A DNA stretch of 63,751 bases from Lewinellaceae bacterium. GTDB lineage: Bacteria; Bacteroidota; Bacteroidia; Chitinophagales; Saprospiraceae. Shown here piece after piece: positions 57,722-63,751 of this stretch. The stretch lies in the NCBI GenBank assembly GCA_024639065.1, contig JAHEJC010000001.1:1-63751 (forward strand), given 5' to 3'. How positions within the stretch are numbered: position 1 is the first letter of the stretch; every line of letters starts with the position of its first letter. A program made the position numbers and the translations under genes. Under the pieces are notes generated by a model that was not told where the DNA came from, searched no databases, and saw only the letters and a list, made by a program, of their open reading frames with translations.

Positions 57722-58148
57722 CAAATTATACCTATTAACCTATCTAATTAGGGAGAAGTTTACGTTATAGCTAAAAAGTTCTATATCTCATTTGGTTGTG
57801 CCAGAAAAATGATTTCATAGCTCAATTAGCTCTAACCAAGGACTTTCAGATTATACATGAAATATGATGAATGAATTATCTGATAAGCCTTAAAGTGAAA
57901 AGAAGCTCCGATCATAGCTGGCAATCAATCATTGATCATACCCATCATAAATTGGTTAAACATAAAAGTCTATTGAAAAAGACCATATATGATGGTGGTT
58001 AGTCAGTCGTATTTGACTTAAACAGCACAAAAAGGTATCTCTATCCGAATGGTCCAAAACTAAACTAACCCAACGAATTGGATAAAACAATCTTTCTCCA
58101 AGAAGATTTGAAAGTCGCGTAAAAGCAAGTAATTGAAGAGTTATATAA

Positions 58149-58886
58149 TCAACTTGAATTAACTCTCTGCATTCGGACTTCGACTTCCTCCAGATCAGCG
58201 AGCGTATCTACACCAATGCTTTTATAGTCCGTTTTTAATACCCAAATATCCAAACCGTTTTCCAACCACCTAAGTTGTTCCAAATTTTCAGCAATCTCTA
58301 GTTCTGATTGAAGCAATTGACCTATGTGTATCAAGGTTTTATATTGAAATACATAAATTCCAACATGAGCATAATATTGAGGTCGATTTTTCCCAAGGTC
58401 GCGATGAAATGGTATGGTTGAACGGCTAAAAAATAGAGCTTTACCGGAATGGGCGCAAACACATTTTACCACATTTGGATTTTGGATATCAGCATGATGA
58501 ATTAAAGTATTTTTTAAGGTTGCAATCTGGGTGTTACTGGATATTATATAATCAAAAAGTGCATTAATCGACTTAGGATCAATCAGTGGCTCATCTCCCT
58601 GTACATTCATTATGTAATCAACATCAGTAAGCTCACGAGCAATTTCAATACAGCGATCCGTTCCGCTCTTGTGATTAGCGGAAGTCATGCGTACATCAGC
58701 TTCAAACTGCTGGCAAACCTTAAATACGGCGGGGCTCTCTGTCGCTATAATTACCATATCTGCAGATGACAATTTACATCGCTCATATACGTGTTGAATC
58801 ATTGGCTTACCTAAAATAGGCGCTAAAACTTTCCCAGGAAATCGCTGAGAGGCGTATCGGGCCGGTATAATAATCGCTTTTTTCAA
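58149..58886 (-). CDS. kdsB: 3-deoxy-manno-octulosonate cytidylyltransferase
   Basis: 245 aa with IIPARYASQRFPGK, NVQGDEP, LEQLRWLENG. Confidence 0.93.
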   Translation of the reverse strand: MKKAIIIPARYASQRFPGKVLAPILGKPMIQHVYERCKLSSADMVIIATESPAVFKVCQQFEADVRMTSANHKSGTDRCIEIARELTDVDYIMNVQGDEPLIDPKSINALFDYIISSNTQIATLKNTLIHHADIQNPNVVKCVCAHSGKALFFSRSTIPFHRDLGKNRPQYYAHVGIYVFQYKTLIHIGQLLQSELEIAENLEQLRWLENGLDIWVLKTDYKSIGVDTLADLEEVEVRMQRVNSS

Positions 58887-58942
58887 TTAAAGAACACAAT
58901 AAATTTTAATTATCATTTATTACATATTAAAAAAAAGTGTTA

Positions 58943-58950
58943 TATATTTG
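58943..58950 (+). promoter_or_regulatory. -7 promoter motif TATATTTG upstream of the LysM protein gene
   Basis: Matches TAnnTTTG and ends 24 nt before the ATG at 58975. Confidence 0.4.
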
Positions 58951-58974
58951 CAATTGACTCTTAAAAGTAAAACA

Positions 58975-60078
58975 ATGATTCGAAATATACTTATTTGTAT
59001 AACAACATTCTTTTGTACCAACCTTTTTGCAACCTCTAATTCTGTTACCTACCTTTCTAATACGGATACCGTTTGGATCCAATTACAAGATCAGAACAAA
59101 AAATATTTTGAGCATCAGGTAAAACCGAAACAAACGTTATACTCTCTTTCAAAATTCTATGGCTTGGACATCTTGGATATATTTGATCGTAATCCATGGT
59201 TAAAAACCAGGGTTCTAGATGTTCATGATATCGTAAAAGTCCCCATCCAAAACCGGATCATTCATACGATTGAACCCAAAATAAAATCAGAATATGCACC
59301 TGTTTATTATCAGGTGCAAAAGAAAGATAATTTATTTCGTATCGCCCGGAGATATTTTGATCTTCCTGTTCAAGAGCTTATGCGGCGCAATGGACTGAAA
59401 GATTACACGATTAGTATTGACCAAACCCTGCTCATTGGATGGATTGATTTGGATGGTGCTGCTTTTGAAGAGCAGGAAATTAGTACTGATAATAAACTTG
59501 ACATGGCTCAAATGATGGGTCCTTTTCAGATTGAGATTGATGAAAGTACCATCTTAGCCTCTAGACCCCAAGATTATCAAGGAAGCGAAGTATCGACCAC
59601 TAAGATTCATGATATTAGTTCTCCTTCAAATCCAGCTCAGGTCCATCAAGATGATCTTGTTGATCAACCTATCGAAGGCGTTGATAGTGAATTAAATGTA
59701 GAAGTTTCTGAAGCGGATATTGAAATACCGGCCTCCACACCTATTAAAGAGGAGATTACTTCATTAAAGCAGAAATTTGAAAAGACAAAAATCAATTATA
59801 CGTATAAAGAAGAAAGAGGGGTTGCTCATTGGAGCAAAGGAATTAAACATAAAACCGATCTCTATGTTTTACACAAAACGGCTCCAGTAGGTTCTACCGT
59901 GCAGGTATTTAATCCTTTGATCAATAAATCGATCTATGCAAAGGTTATTGCAAAAATGCCCGCTAATATGTATCCCGACAAAGTGAAAGTGGTCGTTTCG
60001 CCGGCAGTAGCCAATTTATTGGGTGCTGTTGATGCTCAGTTTTTTGTAAAAGTTAAATATCTTGCAAGCGAAAACTAA
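58975..60078 (+). CDS. LysM domain-containing secreted protein
   Basis: Two LysM-like units (HQVKPKQTLYSLSKFYGLDILDIFDRNP; YQVQKKDNLFRIARRYFDLPVQELMRRNGL), an acidic linker and a conserved C-terminal beta domain. I prefer the ATG at 58975 (MIRNILICITTFF). Confidence 0.8.
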   Translation: MIRNILICITTFFCTNLFATSNSVTYLSNTDTVWIQLQDQNKKYFEHQVKPKQTLYSLSKFYGLDILDIFDRNPWLKTRVLDVHDIVKVPIQNRIIHTIEPKIKSEYAPVYYQVQKKDNLFRIARRYFDLPVQELMRRNGLKDYTISIDQTLLIGWIDLDGAAFEEQEISTDNKLDMAQMMGPFQIEIDESTILASRPQDYQGSEVSTTKIHDISSPSNPAQVHQDDLVDQPIEGVDSELNVEVSEADIEIPASTPIKEEITSLKQKFEKTKINYTYKEERGVAHWSKGIKHKTDLYVLHKTAPVGSTVQVFNPLINKSIYAKVIAKMPANMYPDKVKVVVSPAVANLLGAVDAQFFVKVKYLASEN

Positions 60079-60087
60079 AAAAGCTAG

Positions 60088-61446
60088 ATGCATATTTTTG
60101 AAAATGTTCTTGAGACCATAGGCAACACACCACTTATCAGATTAAATAAAATCGTCCAAAATATTCCAGCGACCATCCTTGCTAAAGTTGAAACTTACAA
60201 TCCAGGCCATTCGATAAAAGACCGGATGGCTGTAAAAATGATTGAAGATGCAGAAGCCAATGGATTGCTTCAACCTGGGGGCACGATCATCGAATGTACT
60301 AGTGGTAATACTGGAATGGGTATAGCTATTACTGCGGTCATCAAAGGTTATAACTGTATATTCACTACAACCGATAAACAATCAAAAGAGAAGATCGATA
60401 TTCTCAAAGCACTGGGTGCTGAAGTTATTGTCTGTCCTACTAATGTGAGCTCAGATGATCCTCGCTCCTATTATTCCGTAGCTGAAAGACTAAATGGTGA
60501 AATTCCGAATTCTTACTGGTGCAATCAATACGACAACTTATCCAATACACAGGCACATTACGAATCCACAGGACCGGAAATATGGGATCAGACCGATGGC
60601 AAGATTACGCATCTGGTAGTAGGCGTAGGTACCGGTGGTACGGTATCTGGCACGGCTAAATATTTGAAAGAACAAAATCCAAATATCAAGATATGGGGGA
60701 TAGATACTTATGGATCTGTTTTTAAAAAATATCATGAAACTGGCATTTTTGATGAAAAAGAGATCTATCCTTACATCACCGAAGGCATTGGTGAAGATAT
60801 CCTACCTAAAAATGTTGACTTTTCATTAATTGATTTATTTGAAAAAGTAAGTGATAAAGATGGTGCCATAATGGCCAGGGAATTAGCCCGCAAAGAAGGT
60901 TTGCTTCTTGGGTATTCAGCCGGTTCGGCAATGGCAGGTTTGCTCCAATTACAGGATAAGTTAGACCCGGACGATGTGGTCGTCATTATTTTTCACGACC
61001 ATGGCAGTAGATATGTTGGAAAAATATTCAATGATGATTGGATGATGGAGCGAGGGTTCCTGGAAAGAGAAAAAACGGTAAAAGACATCTTGGCCATGAA
61101 AGAGAAACCTGGTTTTGTATCCGTAAAGCCATCTGATTCAGTAAAGCATGTATTTGATTTGATGAAAGAATACGATATATCTCAAATGCCAGTCCAGGAG
61201 GAAGCTGTTTTCTCAGGATCAGTTACCGAAACGATCCTACTGGATTACCTACTGGAAGATCCGGTACATAATGCCGAAAATGCAATTTCATCTGTAATGG
61301 AAGATCCGTTTCCTATTGTAAATCAAGATATTAAGATAACTGAACTCAATAAATATATTAATCGAAAGGTGCCCGCGGTTATGGTAAAAAAACCTTCAGG
61401 CGAATACGATATCCTTACTCAGTATGATATTATCCGTGCAGTATAA
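60088..61446 (+). CDS. Cystathionine beta-synthase-like PLP enzyme with a C-terminal CBS pair
   Basis: 452 aa with the PALP fold (NPGHSIKDR, TSGNTGMG, GVGTGGTVSG) plus about 120 aa of tandem CBS domains. Confidence 0.88.
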   Translation: MHIFENVLETIGNTPLIRLNKIVQNIPATILAKVETYNPGHSIKDRMAVKMIEDAEANGLLQPGGTIIECTSGNTGMGIAITAVIKGYNCIFTTTDKQSKEKIDILKALGAEVIVCPTNVSSDDPRSYYSVAERLNGEIPNSYWCNQYDNLSNTQAHYESTGPEIWDQTDGKITHLVVGVGTGGTVSGTAKYLKEQNPNIKIWGIDTYGSVFKKYHETGIFDEKEIYPYITEGIGEDILPKNVDFSLIDLFEKVSDKDGAIMARELARKEGLLLGYSAGSAMAGLLQLQDKLDPDDVVVIIFHDHGSRYVGKIFNDDWMMERGFLEREKTVKDILAMKEKPGFVSVKPSDSVKHVFDLMKEYDISQMPVQEEAVFSGSVTETILLDYLLEDPVHNAENAISSVMEDPFPIVNQDIKITELNKYINRKVPAVMVKKPSGEYDILTQYDIIRAV

Positions 61447-61504
61447 TCACCAATCGGAAAATAAATATTGAAAAAATTGGTTTCTTTTTTGTAATTGATT
61501 TACC

Positions 61505-62572
61505 ATGGTGTACCAAAACAGGCTGCTCGTATTACTTTTCTTAGTTGCTGTTTCAATCAATGGACTGGTTAGTCAGGATCGTCATTTTTCTCAATTATAT
61601 TCAAATCCCCTTTACCTGAGTCCAGGTCTTACCGGAGCATTTCAAGGCTCTTATCGAACTTCACTTGTCTATCGGGACCAATGGCGTAGTGCCCTAGAAA
61701 GTCCATTATCCACGTTTACCTTATCCGCGGACCTCAACTTTAAATTGTCCAAACGAGGCGGTTTTTTTGGGAATGATCGAGTTGGTGCTGGGATTCAGTT
61801 TTATTCTGACAAAAAAGAAGGTTTTGACTTTAATACCAATTATATTAATCTGTTCGCTGCCTATCACAAATCGTTGGACCCAAACTCCAATCAAACCTTA
61901 TCGTTGGGATTTCAAGGTGGCATCACGCAGCGAAATATAAATTTTGGTAATCTAACTTTTGGAGATCAATTTCAAGATGGATCTGGATATGTGTTAGAGA
62001 CTGGAGAAACGATCAATACCAATAATTTTGCATTTGGAGATTTTTCATTGGGACTCAATTATTCGATCCAGCCAGATGCGAACTTTGGTTTAGCCACGGG
62101 TATTGCCATGCATCATGCTTTTGAACCAAATATTTCATTTTATCAAGATTTTCCTGATGCGGAATTGACCAATAACACCAATTTATTAAATCGGAAATAC
62201 ACGTTTTATGCCCTAGCTGAAATTGCGTCTGGTGTCAATTCTGCTCTTTTACCTAGATTATCTCTTCTTTCACAAGGCCCTCATTTTGAGATAAATGCAG
62301 GAACTAATCTTAAGTTTTTTATCAATGACGATAAATCCAATGCATTTTATATCGGAACCTGGGGTCGATTGACCAATCAATTAGAATCATTAGGGCTGGA
62401 AAGTGTCACCTTATTCTCAGGTATTAGCTTTAATGAATTTCTAATCGGATTAAGTTATGATATAAATACGGCCTCCATTGCCAATGATTTTTTAAACAAA
62501 GGCACCTTTGAGCTTTCGCTCATTTTGATCGGCTCATATGACAATGATGGAATATTTTGCCCTCGTTTCTGA
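61505..62572 (+). CDS. PorP/SprF family type IX secretion system membrane protein
   Basis: 355 aa with a signal peptide, the N-terminal signature HFSQLYSNPLYLSPGLTG, beta-barrel-like alternation and a terminal aromatic residue. Confidence 0.8.
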   Translation: MVYQNRLLVLLFLVAVSINGLVSQDRHFSQLYSNPLYLSPGLTGAFQGSYRTSLVYRDQWRSALESPLSTFTLSADLNFKLSKRGGFFGNDRVGAGIQFYSDKKEGFDFNTNYINLFAAYHKSLDPNSNQTLSLGFQGGITQRNINFGNLTFGDQFQDGSGYVLETGETINTNNFAFGDFSLGLNYSIQPDANFGLATGIAMHHAFEPNISFYQDFPDAELTNNTNLLNRKYTFYALAEIASGVNSALLPRLSLLSQGPHFEINAGTNLKFFINDDKSNAFYIGTWGRLTNQLESLGLESVTLFSGISFNEFLIGLSYDINTASIANDFLNKGTFELSLILIGSYDNDGIFCPRF

Positions 62573-62634
62573 AATTGGTAAATTCAGTTAATTGAGTTAA
62601 TTTAGATTACTTAGTATAAATAACATCTAGTTGA

Positions 62635-63411
62635 ATGTTTCCATTATTCTTTGAAATAAGCATACTCGTATTAAGTTGTATGATCTTACTTTGGATCATT
62701 AGCCTGCTAATTAAAGATGCTAGTATTGTCGACATTTTTTGGGGCATCGGTTTCGTAATTATCAATACCTATCTCGCATATAAATCAGGATTTAGCCATC
62801 TGTCGGATAAACACATTATCTTTTTTATTATCGTCAACATTTGGGGTTTACGTTTGGCAGGTTATTTAGCCATCCGGAATTTGGGTAAAGGTGAAGACTT
62901 TCGATATAAAAACTGGCGAGCCCAATATGCAGATCGTTGGTGGTGGCTATCATTTTTCAGAGTTTTTATACTTCAAGGTATAGTCATGGTGATACTTGGA
63001 GCGTTGTTCATACCAATCTATTTGGACAACAACCCACTATCCATCCTTCACCTGATCGGTCTTTTAATCTGGTTGATCGGATTTATATTTGAGGCAGGGG
63101 GAGATCTTCAACTAATGGTCTTCAAAAGCAAATCCGTTAATAAGGGAAAAGTATTGAATTCCGGATTCTGGAAATATACCAGACATCCCAATTACTTTGG
63201 AGATGCAATGATATGGTGGGGCTATTTTTTGTTTGCCGTTACCTACCCCTACGGAATCTTTTTTATACTTTGTCCTATTATTATGACTTACCTCTTGATT
63301 AAAATTTCGGGTGTAGCGATGCTGGAGAAATCATTGGTCAACAACAAATCGAAGTATCATGAATACATACGCAAGACACCTGCGTTTTTTCCTTGGCTAC
63401 CTAAAAAATAG
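62635..63411 (+). CDS. DUF1295 / steroid 5-alpha-reductase-like membrane protein
   Basis: 258 aa and polytopic, with the C-terminal block GFWKYTRHPNYFGDAMIWWG. Confidence 0.85.
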   Translation: MFPLFFEISILVLSCMILLWIISLLIKDASIVDIFWGIGFVIINTYLAYKSGFSHLSDKHIIFFIIVNIWGLRLAGYLAIRNLGKGEDFRYKNWRAQYADRWWWLSFFRVFILQGIVMVILGALFIPIYLDNNPLSILHLIGLLIWLIGFIFEAGGDLQLMVFKSKSVNKGKVLNSGFWKYTRHPNYFGDAMIWWGYFLFAVTYPYGIFFILCPIIMTYLLIKISGVAMLEKSLVNNKSKYHEYIRKTPAFFPWLPKK

Positions 63412-63507
63412 CATATTGGCGTATTAGCAAATTAGCTTTTAAAAAATCAGTTGTCCACTTTCTTTTAGTTAATTTGATGTCCTAATTAATAACTATACAT
63501 CAAGCAT

Positions 63508-63751
63508 ATGAAAGCATTCATAACTATTTTATTGTTCGGCCTGGTTGGATATCTTCCGGCTCAATCGCTTGCAGCACGTATACACCGGGCTGACTCCACC
63601 ATAAGGGCATTCCAAACAGAAAATCATATCCCGGGATTGGCCCTGGCAGTTTCCATTAATGGGCAAACAGTATTGGCTGCAGGTGCAGGTTTTGCCAGTA
63701 TTGAACTTGGCATTCCGGTAGACCCATATAAAACTAAATTCCGCATAGGTA
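63508..63751 (+). CDS. Serine hydrolase (beta-lactamase family), N-terminal fragment truncated by the window edge
   Basis: My translation from the ATG at 63508 reads MKAFITILLFGLVGYLPAQSLAARIHRADSTIRAFQTENHIPGLALAVSINGQTVLAAGAGFASIELGIPVDPYKTKFRIG. It has a signal peptide and the pre-SxxK region typical of class C-like serine hydrolases. The window ends before the catalytic motif. Confidence 0.6.
   Translation, partial: MKAFITILLFGLVGYLPAQSLAARIHRADSTIRAFQTENHIPGLALAVSINGQTVLAAGAGFASIELGIPVDPYKTKFRIG

Noticed and set aside
57683-58148. A 466-nt gene-free region between the PTPS/QueD-family gene and kdsB, checked for a preQ1 riboswitch, tRNA or other structured RNA, or a gene remnant.
   Set aside because: I found no preQ1-I/II consensus, no tRNA-like cloverleaf, no long hairpins and no ORF remnant with recognisable similarity. 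Only a -7 promoter motif is evident.
1-63751. Whole-window scan for mobile elements, prophage genes, known defence systems, CRISPR arrays, tRNA/rRNA/tmRNA/RNase P signatures and riboswitches (FMN upstream of rib genes, purine upstream of purE).
   Set aside because: I recognised no integrase, transposase, reverse transcriptase, Cas or restriction-modification signatures in any ORF, and no matching RNA consensus in the intergenic regions. Absence by eye is not proof, so an Infernal/Rfam and tRNAscan run is still advisable.

Overview
63.7-kb chromosomal segment that looks like Bacteroidota. The evidence is two proteins with T9SS C-terminal sorting domains, a PorP/SprF gene, a DUF4249 gene with a TonB-dependent receptor remnant, and many TAnnTTTG -7 promoter motifs 20-55 nt upstream of start codons. 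I call about 57 protein-coding genes, mostly housekeeping: rarA, acyl-CoA dehydrogenase, recQ, mdh, sucC, ribD, ribB-like, purE, engB, fabD, folE, a PTPS/QueD-family gene, kdsB, cystathionine beta-synthase, ABC-F and a lolD-like gene. I found no rRNA, tRNA, CRISPR array, integrase or transposase. The most interesting loci are listed here. (1) A tight four-gene minus-strand operon at 39631-43989 encodes an unknown 297-aa protein, a signal-less FAD-SLDH-type small subunit, an enlarged GMC flavoprotein and a VioB/RebD-type ferritin-like protein. I cannot assign it to any characterised pathway. (2) Directly downstream, at 36112-39510, is a 1132-aa class III nucleotidyl cyclase fused to a STAND ATPase and TPR array, with a non-canonical substrate-specifying residue. 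(3) A 1039-aa T9SS cargo protein at 587-3706 is built from 12 four-Cys SprB-like repeats, and some adjacent copies are about 95% identical at the DNA level. (4) A split APH-like kinase plus P-loop kinase pair sits divergent from a solitary rtcB. (5) A frameshifted TonB-dependent receptor remnant lies next to an orphan DUF4249 gene. (6) A RibB protein has a degenerate GTP cyclohydrolase II domain. All functional calls come from motif recognition by eye, and no database search was run.
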